This document shows positions 51,960-64,000 of a DNA stretch of 64,000 bases, piece after piece. The notes under the pieces were generated by a model that had not been told where the DNA came from, did no database searches, and saw only the letters and a program-made list of their open reading frames with translations. The stretch covers positions 434,001-498,000 of the forward strand of contig NIVC01000126.1 of the NCBI GenBank assembly GCA_002269645.1, in the 5' to 3' direction. The stretch is from Macrostomum lignano (taxonomy: Eukaryota). Numbering within the stretch: the stretch's first letter is position 1; each line of letters starts with the position of its first letter. Made by a program: the position numbers and the translations under genes.

Positions 51960-52270
51960 GACATAGGGAATCCCTATTAATGTACATTGGGAATCTCTAT
52001 TGATGTACATTGGGGAATCTCTATTGATGTACATTTGGAATCCCTATTGATACATTGGGAATCCCTATTGATGGATATTGGGAATCCCTAATGATGGATA
52101 TTGGGAATCCCTAATGATGGATATTGGGAATCCCTAATGATGGATATTGGGAATCCCTAATGATGGATATTGGGAATCTTATTGGTGGAGATTGGGAATC
52201 TCTATTGATGGAGGTTGGGAATCGCTATTGATAGACATAGAGAATCCCAATTGATTGACATTGGGAATCC
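51960..52270. repeat. Minisatellite, 23-bp unit (tgggaatccctaatgatggatat), between CCDC57 and NAE1
   Basis: Period 23 read at 52081/52104. Confidence 0.9.
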
Positions 52271-52713
52271 AAAAAGAATTTTTTTTTAAATTTCAAATAT
52301 TGAAATGTTATACAAAAATGGACTTAGCATTTATTTATTATATAGTTAATGTTTTGTAAATACGTAATAAAAGTACATATCAAACTACAAATTGAATGAT
52401 ATACACTGATACAAAGCTAGAAGCAAAAGTCCAATGCAGTAAAAGTAGCTTCGTAAACGATAAAATTACAACAAAAATTTCTGCTCCAGTTAACAGTAAT
52501 AAAAATAGGACGGATTACAAATTGCCAGCCTGCAATCATTCGCTAATTAATTTTAACACGTTGCCTGACGCGTTAAAAATATAAACAATAAAAAACTACT
52601 AAATGACGCTACTACAAGTAGGTAGTAAGCAAATGTTTGGAATTTTCTTACAAAAACAATCTAAAAATAGCAAATTTAGTAACAAAAAACAATTTTTGTC
52701 TGTCGAATTAAAA

Positions 52714-55035
52714 TTATCGCCGATTTAAAGTTGCCCGACCCCGGACCTGCAGCGATCGGAGAGCCTGATTTCTGCTATTAGAAGACCGAGCAGTATCGCT
52801 CAAATTATCTTCATCAGAATTATCAGAATCGCGATTGCCATAACGCTGTTGCTGCTGCTGAGAAGAATCCAGAAGACGCCAAACATCTCTAAGAGAGTCG
52901 CCGCCCCCAACTGAGGACAGATTCAAGCTGTTGTCAACTGCCGAAGCCGCTGGTCGAGTAGCTGTCAGACCTTCGGCTCGACGAATTGAAGCCCCTGTAT
53001 CCTTCACTGGCAGACTGTCGCCTAGGGACAGAGACTGATCTTGCTGCTGTTGCTTTTGTTGTTGCTGCTGTTGCTGCTGCTGTGGGGGAGAAGGACAAAA
53101 ATGCACTAGCAAAATAACAAGTATTTTAAGGCCAAGTATTACAAAAATTGAAATTTTGACAGACAATGACAGAAGAAAGATCTCATATTAATGATCCCAT
53201 CACTCAGGTATTAATCATTAATCAGAGATCCCGTCACCCAGGTATTAATCACTAATTAGAGATCCCATCACTCAGGTATTAATCATTAATCAGAGATCCC
53301 GTCACCCAGGTATTAATCACTAATTAGAGATCCCATCACCCAGGTATTAATCACTAATTAGGGATCCCATCACTCAGGTATTAATCATTAATCAGAGATC
53401 CCGTCACCCAGGTATTAATCACTAATTAGAGATCCCATCACCCAGGTATTAATCACTAATTAGAGATCCCATCACCCAGGTATTAATCACTAATCAGAGA
53501 TCCCATCACCCAGGTATTAATCACTAATTAGAGATCCCATCATCTAGGTATCAATCACTAATTAGAGATCCCATCACCCAGATATTAACCACTAATCAGA
53601 GATCCCGTCACTCAGATATTAACCACTAATCAGAGATCCCGTCACTCAGGTATTAATCACTAATCAGTGATCCCATCACTCAGGTATTAATCACTAATTA
53701 GAGATCCCATCATTCAGGTATTAATCACTAATTAGAGATCCCATCACCCAGGTACTAATCACTAATCAGAGATCCCATCACTCAGGTATTAATCACTAAT
53801 TAGAGATCCCATCACCCAGATATTAATCACTAATCAGAGATCCCATCACTCAGGTATTAATCACTAATTAGAGATCCCATCATTCAGGTATTAATCACTA
53901 ATTAGAGATCCCATCACCCAGGTACTAATCACTAATCAGTGATCCCATCACTCAGGTATTAATCACTAATTAGAGATCCCATCACCCAGATATTAATCAC
54001 TAATCAGAGATCCCATCACTCAGGTATTAATCACTAATCAGAGATCCCATCACAAAGGTTTTAAAATGAAAAACTCTATAAACGTTGTAAAGCTTCATAA
54101 ACAAAATAAAAATCCATAATCGGAGCGTCTACTATAAGTAGAGAACAAAACATTTTAACTGAATAGTTCAAGGCTGAAAATGAAAAAAACTACCTGCTGT
54201 TGATTTCGCTGACTCTGCTGCTGGGAATTCTGCCTAGCCAATTCCTCCCTAGTCAGGTAGTACTGCATCCGTTCCAACTGAGCCAATTTGCTTGTCATAT
54301 CGCCAACAGCATCTTTGACAGCTCGCCTGGAATGTGACTCCAAACCAATTGGCTCGCCCTGATGCTGAGCAGTGGCTGATCCTGCAGAAGGCTTGTATCG
54401 ACTTGCTTGAGCAGATGGTCTCTGCTGGCCTCTGTTGCCGGTGTTTAGCTCGGCCCTAAGTCGATTGGACAGATCCACCAGGGCTTGGTTCTCCTGAGCC
54501 AGTTTTTTTATCTGATTGGCGGCCATTTTTAATTTGGCTCGCAAACGGCTCACCTGGTAAACAGTGCGGCAGTTATGATTTATTGCTTGAGATTGTAATA
54601 AGATCCCATTTCTGAATTCATATACACGCTCACACAGGGTGTACATCGACCCTGGCTTTCTGAGAGGTCAGGCATGTACACTCTCTGTGCCGGGGGGGGG
54701 GGTTGGCCCTCAGTTGGCTGTGAATCGCACGACAACCCACCTGGGCAATTTTCGTGCAATTGATGTAGGGCCGCGCACGGAATCGAACCGTGGGTCGTGG
54801 CGCGACAGTCAGACGCGTTCACCGCTGAGCTGCTCCACTCACCCCCCCCCGACTATTGTGACAGTGCTAGATAGGAAGCAGCACAACTAGTGCTTAAAAA
54901 TAGGACAAACAGACAAAAATACTTATACCAAATATTCTACTTTGGTGCTAGACAGACGGACACTAAGAGATAGCCAAGCAGACAAAAAAGACAGACAGAC
55001 AATACTTTGAAGAAGACAGACGATGACAGACAGGC

Positions 55036-55074
<39 letters not shown>

Positions 55075-55079
55075 TAGTA

Positions 55080-55136
<57 letters not shown>

Positions 55137-58100
55137 GGCAGGCTGACCAGTAGACATAGGTATTAATTCCTTACCTGTTCAGACTCGTTCCCAGCCTCCG
55201 CCTCATCATCTCCATAGAGCTGCTTGGCCCTCATCCGATCTCTCAGGCCGGCAATCTCATCCTGCAGCTGCTGTATGTACAGCTCTTGAGCGCCGAAATT
55301 CACTTCGCCAGGCCTCTGCTGCTGCTGCTGCTCGCCGCCAGCTGAACCAGCCGCAGACCTGAGCACGAGCACCTCCTGCTGAAGGCGCTCAGCCAGCCTG
55401 CCAGCCTCAATATTAGCTTTATAATATTCGTCAGCTTCGCGCTGACTCTCGTCTAATTGAGCTTCGAGTTCCTGCAGCCGGCGCTTCAATCCGGCAGATT
55501 CGGTTGAATGATGCCGGGCCTGAGCTGACAGCTCGTAGCGCAACTGCTCGGCGGCCGTGTCGGCGGCCTCGCGCTCAGTTTGGCACTCGGCCAGTTGAGA
55601 TTCCAAATGGCCAATACGAGCCTGCTGCTTGCGGCACTGGGCTAATAAATCAGTTTTCTCGCTGCGCAATTTTGACAGTGCGTTGGAAATTTCTTGAACA
55701 GATTTCTGATCGCCTAGCTGTAACTGTTGTTTCTTCTGTTGCTGCTGTTGCTGCTGCTGCTGGGGTTGCGAGCTAATTAATGACTCCATTTCTAACCGCA
55801 TCTGTTTCACAATGTCCTTCAAAGACTCATTCTGTTGCACTAATTCTCGAACTCTCCGCTCACTAGCGGCCAATTGGTCAGTTTCTACAGATGCCGATTC
55901 CAGTCTGCGATCTGGCATCACAATACCATTCTCCTTCATCACCTGTAGAGCAGTCTCTCGATCTTTCAGTAGGCTCTGTATAAAAGTCTGCTTCTGTGCC
56001 AGAGTAGTTTGCATCGATTCTAACTCTCTCAAAGCTTCATTCTTTGCTTGGGTCAGTCGTTCAATATAGCTTTCAGATTTTTCGTATTGCAAAGCTTCAA
56101 GTTCGCTGGCTTTGCGCTGATAGTCCAGCTCCATCTGGTGCTGCATCGATTCGCGATCGCGCTCTCTGGCCAAGGCCGCGTCTAACTCGTGCCGGTATCT
56201 GGGGCGAGGTTGACATTATCTATTGTTAATTATTATACAATACTTACATAAACTGTTTATTACGTGTATGCTAATATTAATATTTAGGCCTATTGATTAA
56301 ACAAGCAAGATTTAGGTAGGTTACATAAATACCCTCAGCAAGATTTAGGTAGGTTACATAAATACCTTTAGCAAGATTCAGGTAGGTTATATAAATACCT
56401 TTAGCAAGATTCAGGTAGGTTATATAAATACCTTTAGCAAGATTCAGGTAGGTTATATAAATACCTTTAGCAAGATTCAGGTAGGTTATATAAATACCTT
56501 TAGCAAGATTCAGGTAGGTTATATAAATACCTTTAGCAAGATTCAGGTAGGTTATATAAATACCCTCAGCAAGATTCAGGTAGATTATATAAATACCTTT
56601 AGCAAGATTCAGGTAGGTTATATAAATACCTTTAGCAAGATTCAGGTAGGTTATATAAATACCTTTAGCAAGATTCAGGTAGATTATATAAATACCTTTA
56701 GCAAGATTCAGGTAGGTTATATAAATACCTTTAGCAAGATTCAGGTAGGTTATATAAATACCTTTAGCAAGATTCAGGTAGGTTATATAAATACCTTTAG
56801 CAAGATTCAGGTAGGTTATATAAATACCCTCAGCAAGATTCAGGTAGGTTATATAAATACCCTCAGCAAGATTCAGGTAGGTTATATAAATACCCTCATC
56901 AAGATTCAGGTAGATTATATAAATACCTTTAGCAAGATTCAGGTAGGTTATATAAATACCTTTAGCAAGATTCAGGTAGGTTATATAAATACCTTTAGCA
57001 AGATTCAGGTAGATTATATAAATACCTTTAGCAAGATTCAGGTAGATTATATAAATACCTTTAGCAAGATTCAGGTAGGTTATATAAATACCTTTAGCAA
57101 GATTCAGGTAGGTTATATAAATACCTTTAGCAAGATTCAGGTAGGTTATATAAATACCTTTAGCAAGATTCAGGTAGGTTATATAAATACCCTCAGCAAG
57201 ATTCAGGTAGGTTATATAAATACTTTTAGCAAGATTCAGGTAGGTTATATAAATACCTTTAGCAAGATTCAGGTAGGTTATATAAATACTTTTAGCAAGA
57301 TTCAGGTAGGTTATATAAATACCTTTAGCAAGATTCAGGTAGATTATATAAATACCTTTAGCAAGATTCAGGTAGGTTATATAAATACCTTTAGCAAGAT
57401 TCAGGTAGGTTATATAAATACCCTCAGCAAGATTCAGGTAGATTATATAAATACCTTTAGCAAGATTCAGGTAGGTTATATAAATACCTTTAGCAAGATT
57501 CAGGTAGGTTATATAAATACCCTAAGCAAGATTTAGGTAGGTTATATAAATACCCTTAGCAAGATTCAGGTAGGTTATATAAATACCTTTAGCAAGATTC
57601 AGGTAGATTATATAAATACCTTTAGCAAGATTCAGGTAGGTTATATAAATACCTTTAGCAAGATTCAGGTAGGTTATATAAATACCTTTAGCAAGATTCA
57701 GGTAGGTTATATAAATACCCTCAGCAAGATTCAGGTAGGTTATATAAATACCCTCAGCAAGATTCAGGTAGGTTATATAAATACCTTTAGCAAGATTCAG
57801 GTAGATTATATAAATACCTTTAGCAAGATTCAGGTAGGTTATATAAATACCTTTAGCAAGATTCAGGTAGGTTATATAAATACCCTCAGCAAGATTCAGG
57901 TAGGTTATATAAATACCCTCAGCAAGATTCAGGTAGGTTATATAAATACCCTCAGCAAGATTCAGGTAGGTTATATAAATACCCTCAGCAAGATTCAGGT
58001 AGGTTATATAAATACCTTTAGCAAGATTCAGGTAGGTTATATAAATACCTTTAGCAAGATTCAGGTAGGTTATATAAATACCTTTAGCAAGATTCAGGTA

Positions 58101-61100
58101 GGTTATATAAATACCCTCAGCAATTGTTGCAGGATAGAATATTGCATAATTTCTTTAAAAGATTTAGGTTAGTTATATAATCCCCAGCTAAAATCCCTAT
58201 AAAATCAGATTGGATATTCCTAAACAGAAAGATTAGATTAGATTTTGCTGGCCAAGCCATCAAACTAATCACCACACCTGTCAATATCCGCCCGCCGATT
58301 ATTCAACTCCTCAGTGTTGACCTCAAGCTGGCGTCGCAGTCTGTCAATCTCGGCGTCCTTGTCAACGAACAGTCTGCTGACGTCAGCTTTGGAGCTGTGC
58401 AGCTGGCTTTGCAGGTCTTCAAGCTGCGGGAAATGTTTTTTGAAAAGTGAAATAAAAAATATTTCCCTAAAAGAATCACATACATGGTCTTCAATTCGAA
58501 CTAAACGGTCCTCGATTTAACCTACAAGGTCCTTAATACTAACTATAATGTCCTCAGTTCTAAATACAAGGTCTTCAATTTTAACTAGATGGTCCTCAAT
58601 TCCAACTGCAAGGTCTCCAATTTTAACTAGATGGTCCTCAATCCATATACTAAAAATGGTCTGTCCGTAGGTAGGTATGTGTGCTCGATTTTAGCAAAAT
58701 TATAACTAAAAGGTCTTCAATTTAAACAGCGAGGTCCTTAATTTGTACTACATGTTAACACAATTCAACCTACATATCCTTAAATGCAACATAAATGGTC
58801 CTCAATTTAAATCATACGGTCTCCAATTCAAACTTTAAGGTCCTCAGTTCAAACTGCATGGTTCTCAATTCAAACTATTTGGTCTTGAATCCAAAAATTA
58901 TGGTCCTCAATTCAATCTACATGGTCTGCAATTCAACCAATACAGTTCTTAATTCAACCTAAACAGTCCTCAATTTAACCTACATTGTCTTCAATTCAAC
59001 CTAAATGGTCCTCAATTAAAACTAAATGGTCCTCAATTAAACCACCCAAATGGGCCTCAATCAAACCCAAATGGCCTTCAATTAAACCTACCGAAATAGT
59101 CCTAAAAAAACCTACCTAAAAGGTCCTCAATAAAAACCTACCTAAATGGTCCTCAATAAAAACCTACCTAAATGGTCTTCAATAAAAACCTACCTAAAAG
59201 GTCCTCAATAAAAACCTACCTAAATGGTCCTCAATAAAAACCTACCTAAATGGTCTTCAATAAAAACCTACCTAAATGGTCCTCAATAAAAACCTACCTA
59301 AATGGTCTTCAATAAAAACCTACCTAAATGGTCCTCAATAAAAACCTACCTAAATGGTCTTCAATAAAAACCTACCTAAATGGTCTTCAATAAAAACCTA
59401 CCTAAATGGTCTTCAATAAAAACCTACCTAAATGGTCCTCAATAAAAACCTACCTAAATGGTCCTCAATAAAAACCTACCTAAATGGTCCTCAATAAAAA
59501 CCTACCTAAATGGTCCTCAATTCGTCCTATATGGTCCCCAGTGCAAAACTGCGCAAACAAACCTGGCCATTGAGCTTCTCAATCTCGGCATCTTTAGCTC
59601 GCAAATTAGTATCGAATTCCGTGGCCTTCCGTTGAAAACTGGCCTCAGCTTCGTGCAGTTTAGCCAACAGATCGGAGGTCTGATTTCGCATTGATTGGCG
59701 CTCCTCTTTCAGTCTGGCGGCTGCGCCGGCCGCTGCCTGCTCGTGGCGAGTTGCCTCGGCCTGGGCGGCGGCCAATTTCTCTTCTAGTCTGGCCAGAGCG
59801 GCCCGATGCTTGGCCTCTAGCGAGGTGCTCAGCTCCTGCAGGCGCTCCTTCTCGTTCTCCAGCACGGCTATGTCGCTCTCGTATCTAGAACGATTTTATA
59901 CTTCATCTGTGATCTGTGAGTCTTTAATCCCCTACAGTTCGACTCTTTTATCCCCTACAGTTCGAGTCTTTAATCCCCTACAGTTCGACTCTTTTATCCC
60001 CTACAGTTCGAGTCTTTAATCCCCTACAGTTCGACTCTTTTATCCCCTACAGTTCGAGTCTTTAATCCCCTACAGTTCGACTCTTTTATCCCCTACAGTT
60101 CGAGTCTTTAATCCCCTACAGTTCGACTCTTTTATCCCCTACAGTTCGAGTCTTTAATCCCCTACAGTTCGACTCTTTTATCCCCTACAGTTCGAGTCTT
60201 TAATCCCCTACAGTTCGACTCTTTTATCCCCTACAGTTCGAGTCTTTAATCCCCTACAGTTCGAGTATTTAATCCCCTAAAGCTCGAGTCTTTAATCCCC
60301 CTACAGTTCAAGTCTTTCATTCTCTTCAGTACGAGTCTTTAATCCCTCTACAGTTCGAGTCCTTAATCCCCTCCCTACAGTTCGAGTCTTTAATCCCCCT
60401 ACAGTTCAAGTCTTTTATTCTCTCCAGTACGAGTCTTAAATCCCTTACAGTTCGAGTCTTTAATCCCTCTACAGTTCGAGTCCTTAATCCCCTCCCTACA
60501 GTTCGAGTCTTTAATCCCTCTACAGTTCAAGTCTTTCATTCTCTTCAGTTCGAGTCTTAAATCCATTACAGTTCGAGTCTTTAATCCCCTGCAGTCAGAG
60601 TCCTTAAGCCCTTGCAGTCCGAGTCTTTAATCCAAACTTTTCTTAATCCCTAATCTCTATTCGTTAATCCAGCTACTCGTCTTAATCTCTAGCTAGTCAG
60701 TAAAAGAGATAACTTGCCTAGCAGCAGCCTCAGCCAGCCGCTTCTCCAACCCAGCTGATTCAGTCTCGCAAGTCTCCAATCGGTTGAGCAAATCCACTCG
60801 AGCTTTACGCAAGCTGGCTGCCTCTTTGTCAAGCAAGTCGCACTTGAATTCGCTGTCCATCAGCGACTTCTCCAACTGTTTGGCCCGGTTTTGATAATCG
60901 TCCCGCAGCTCCTCTGCCCGTTTGTCCAGAGCCCCGAGTAGTTCGCGTTTCTGCAGCTCCAGCTCTTTTTTGCAGCGAACATTTTCCATTTCTAGCTGAC
61001 GGCGAAGCGCCTTGAGTTTCAAATTTGAATAGTAAAGGTAAGCACTTTACTGAATGTTGAATAGAACAACCTCGTTTCTTAATTATAAATGTACTAGATT

Positions 61101-62040
61101 CGATAGCCTTATGAAGAATCGCTTTGTACCCAATATGCATCGAGAATTGCCTTCCACCCAATCTACATCAAGAAGAATCGCCCTGTACCCAATCTACACC
61201 AAGAATCGCCCTGTACCCAATCTACACCAAGAATCGCCCTGTACCCAATCTACATTAAGAAGAATCACCCTGTCCCCAATCTACATCAAGAAGAATCGCC
61301 CTGTACCCAATCTACATCAAGAAGAATCGCCCTGTACCCAATCTACACCAAGAATCGCCCTGTACCCAATCTACATTAAGAAGAATCGCCCTGTCCCCAA
61401 TCTACATCAAGAAGAATCGCCCTGTACCCAATATGCATCAAGAAGAATCGCCCTGTCCCCAATCTACATCGAAAAGAAGCACCATCTACACAATATACAT
61501 CAAGAATCGCCCCCTACCCAATATGCATCGAGAAGAATCGCCCTCTACCCAATCTACATCGAGAAGAATTGACCTGTACCCTATCCTGATTTCTCACAGG
61601 AAATTGCCTCCGAGATAACCCAACGCTCACCTGATGCTCATCCTTCAACCGTGACACCTCCAACTCATTCTCATGCCGAATAAATTGCAATTCTCTTTCT
61701 CGCGAATCCTGTTCAGACTTGCACTGCTCAACTAGTTTAGTTTTAGAATAAGATTCCTCGGCAAGCTTTTGAGCAACTTCATCGTGTTTAACACTCATAG
61801 CCGACAATTTATCTTCTAGAGCCAGGCATTGCTGCTTCAGCACAATATTCTCCCGCTCCATCGTAGCCAATTCTTCGTCTCGTTCTTTAACCAGCCGCAA
61901 ATTATATTTAAAGTCTTCGGTCAGCTGCGCAGCTTTCTTGCGCTCGTCTCTTAGCTCCGATTCTCTACTGGCTAGGGTCTCTTCTAGTAGAGCCACTTGT
62001 TGGTTTAGCGCCGCCTTCCACTCCAGCTCTTTCTCGGCAA
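52714..62040 (-). CDS. CCDC57: Coiled-coil domain-containing protein 57 (exons 62040-61631, 61010-60718, 59884-59563, 58423-58278, 56198-55175, 54553-54194, 53079-52714); first exon not identified
   Basis: AEKELEWKA...LTEDFKYNLRLVKERDEEL, ELELQKRELL, IDR/YRHELDAALARER...LDYQRK...YEKSESYIERLTQAK and QNESLKDIVKQMRLEME match my recollection of the CCDC57 N-terminal and central blocks. All intron phases agree; one donor is GC. The 3' end is tentative. Confidence 0.85.
53190..54055. repeat. Minisatellite, 34-bp unit (gagatcccatcacccaggtattaatcactaatta), intronic
   Basis: About 25 units within intron 53080-54193. Confidence 0.96.
54615..54840 (-). mobile_element. tRNA-derived SINE-like element, copy B (intact tRNA-like head)
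   Basis: The minus strand reads gagcagctcagcggtgaacgcgtctgactgtcgcgccacgacccacggttcgattccgtg, with an A box, a B box and a perfect T-arm CACGG/CCGTG. The body is shared with 770-950. Confidence 0.75.
54975..55142. repeat. (GACA)n microsatellite, intronic
   Basis: Direct run. Confidence 0.95.
56300..58125. repeat. Minisatellite, 33-bp unit (agcaagattcaggtaggttatataaataccttt), intronic
   Basis: About 55 highly homogeneous units within intron 56199-58277. Confidence 0.97.
58520..59525. repeat. Minisatellite, 26-bp unit (aaatggtcctcaataaaaacctacct), degenerate left and homogeneous right, intronic
   Basis: Lies within intron 58424-59562. Confidence 0.9.
59915..60650. repeat. Minisatellite, 23-bp unit as an alternating 46-bp dimer (cccctacagttcgactcttttat / cccctacagttcgagtctttaat), intronic
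   Basis: Lies within the GC-AG intron 59885-60717. Confidence 0.95.
61105..61570. repeat. Minisatellite, ~30-33 bp unit (aagaatcgccctgtacccaatctacatcaag), intronic
   Basis: Lies within intron 61011-61630. Confidence 0.93.
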
Positions 62041-64000
62041 CTGATTGGATGACAAATCAAAATGGGGGTTGCGATAATTTCAGAACACGTTTCTATTTCT
62101 AGTGTGATGTGTATTAGAAGTAGAAACTGCGACAAAGTAGTGTTTGAATTTAATCATCTGGTAATTACAACTATCATATTTCTGTTTATATAGTATACTA
62201 ATTTCAGGCCTTAGAACTGCATACTTAGACCTGATTCACAACCCACCTGGAACAATTTGTGCCCTTGAGCAAGATACCCCCTCTAGTCCTTGGACCAAAC
62301 AGCTGTTTACAGTCTTAGATAGGCTATATAAAAGCTGCAGCTAAGCTGTGGGTTGTTTAAGTAGGTTGCAATTTATGAAGTTGCAAGTTCTAGTAGATAA
62401 GCTAATTATTGTTTGCATATTGCATAAGATGGGTTTATTACATGCTAAATGAGATTGCTTGCTTGCATCTAGAAAATTTAATCTGCTTAGCAACCAGTAT
62501 TATTGCATGTTTAATAATTTAGTTTATTATATTTAAATGTATTACTCTTTACAAAGAATTTATTTTGATCATATATTCATATTTGCTTGCTAATACTAAC
62601 AATCTGGTTGGCATAAATTGTGGTAAATTAAGGGCAAATGACAAAATTAACAATTTTTCTTACTTTTTAAAAACATTTTTGATAAAACTTGACAATGTAA
62701 AATTTTCTATTTATTATCATATATATTTATTTTACCTAGATTGTTCTAAATTGTTACCAAAGATTTTTTTAACTTTTTTTGGGTTAGCTGTAAAAGTAAT
62801 TCATATTCTTAGTGAAAACCAAGTTGCTTGGCTGATGTATTTCTTGGGGTAATACATGTGTGAATATAGACTATATGGGAGCTTGCATATACCTATGTTT
62901 ATTTTAAGATCTATATCCAACATTAGTATATCATTTAACTGGACCAAACTGAAGCTATACAATATTAAAGAGTTAATCAAGTTTTCTAATGACTAAGCAT
63001 TTAGGCAAAATATATATGTCAAAGTACAAATTGCATTAGATTTAGGTTAAAACTTAAAATATCAACTACTTTTATTATGTTATATATTTTCATAACATTG
63101 GAATATGCATGTTCATGAGATAGTGCACCTTTTCTATAATATTGTATATTCTTCTAGTATATTTTTGCTACAATTATAACCTATTATTTCTTAGAAAATA
63201 CTAAATATTCAAATGTCTACTAAAATATTTTTGTTTTCAGATTGTGATACAAAATAATATTCTTCAAATATATTTGTTTTAAAATAGATTGCTCAACTAG
63301 TATAAATAGAAGCCTGAGTGGTCCAAAGAAGGCAACTCACAGGGGCCTACAAACCTGCAAACTTGCAAGCAACATATAGGCTCACTAAATCATTAAGCAG
63401 TCTTTCAATTGGCTTATTCATTTCTAAAGGACTAAGAACCCCAATTTGGGAGAATTAAGAACTACTGAAAGCAAGAATTACTTAGTAGTCTGAGGTAAAT
63501 TGCCTTGGAGCAGTAAAATGCTTAGAAGCTGTGACTATGATCTTGGGAATACCTAGGACTAAGAGAACCCTTTGTAAGAGTAAAATAGAAGTATAAGAAT
63601 AGGGTACACAATGCCATAGGACTGCTAGGCCAGTAGATAAATAGATATATTACTAGTACAAAAATATATATGCTACCAATATAGAAAAAGATATGCTACT
63701 AGTATAGAAGTAGATATGCTACTAGCAAATAAAAATATAGGCATTAAGTACATTCATATGCAACTAGTAATATTTATATATATGAAACATTAGTAAAAGT
63801 ACATAACTGACAGCAATAAGATCATCTTAGAGGATAAGCATTAGTCTTAGGATAGCTCTTAGTGGCAGTTGTTAGGATATTTACAAAGAACCATAACCCC
63901 TGTTACAACTTGGTGACAGCCATGGCATTATTCTAGGAGACAGAATTTACTATTACAATAACTTTGGTGACAATGGCAGGATTTCTTATTGTATAGGAAC

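Noticed and set aside
54770-54838. Functional tRNA gene
   Set aside because: The anticodon and acceptor stems do not pair, and the sequence continues into a body shared with another locus, so it was treated as a SINE head.
1680-58125. CRISPR-like appearance of 30-48 bp repeats
   Set aside because: There are no unique spacers or cas genes, and the context is eukaryotic with spliced genes.

Overview
This is animal genomic DNA with spliceosomal introns. The polyQ-rich GC-rich exons and minisatellite-filled introns resemble a free-living flatworm such as Macrostomum, but that is inference only. Seven genes were reconstructed by hand from splice sites and intron phases: the 3' end of a DEG/ENaC channel (+), a two-exon divergent DHFR-like protein with a possible second degenerate DHFR fold (-), a coiled-coil/C-terminal CAP-Gly protein with frame-disrupted 5' exons (-), TNRC6/GW182 (+), an intronless-CDS NxVxG beta-roll + RING protein (-), NAE1/APPBP1 (-) and CCDC57 (-, 5' end not found, one GC-AG intron). 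The dominant pattern is that almost every intron is filled by its own tandem array, while the long intergenic stretch at about 20-27.6 kb has none. Most long ORFs in the supplied track are artefacts of these arrays. Small mobile elements include a 381-bp MITE with an 8-bp TSD and a paralogous empty site, a tRNA-derived SINE family, and a 77-bp LINE-like 3' end inserted into an array.
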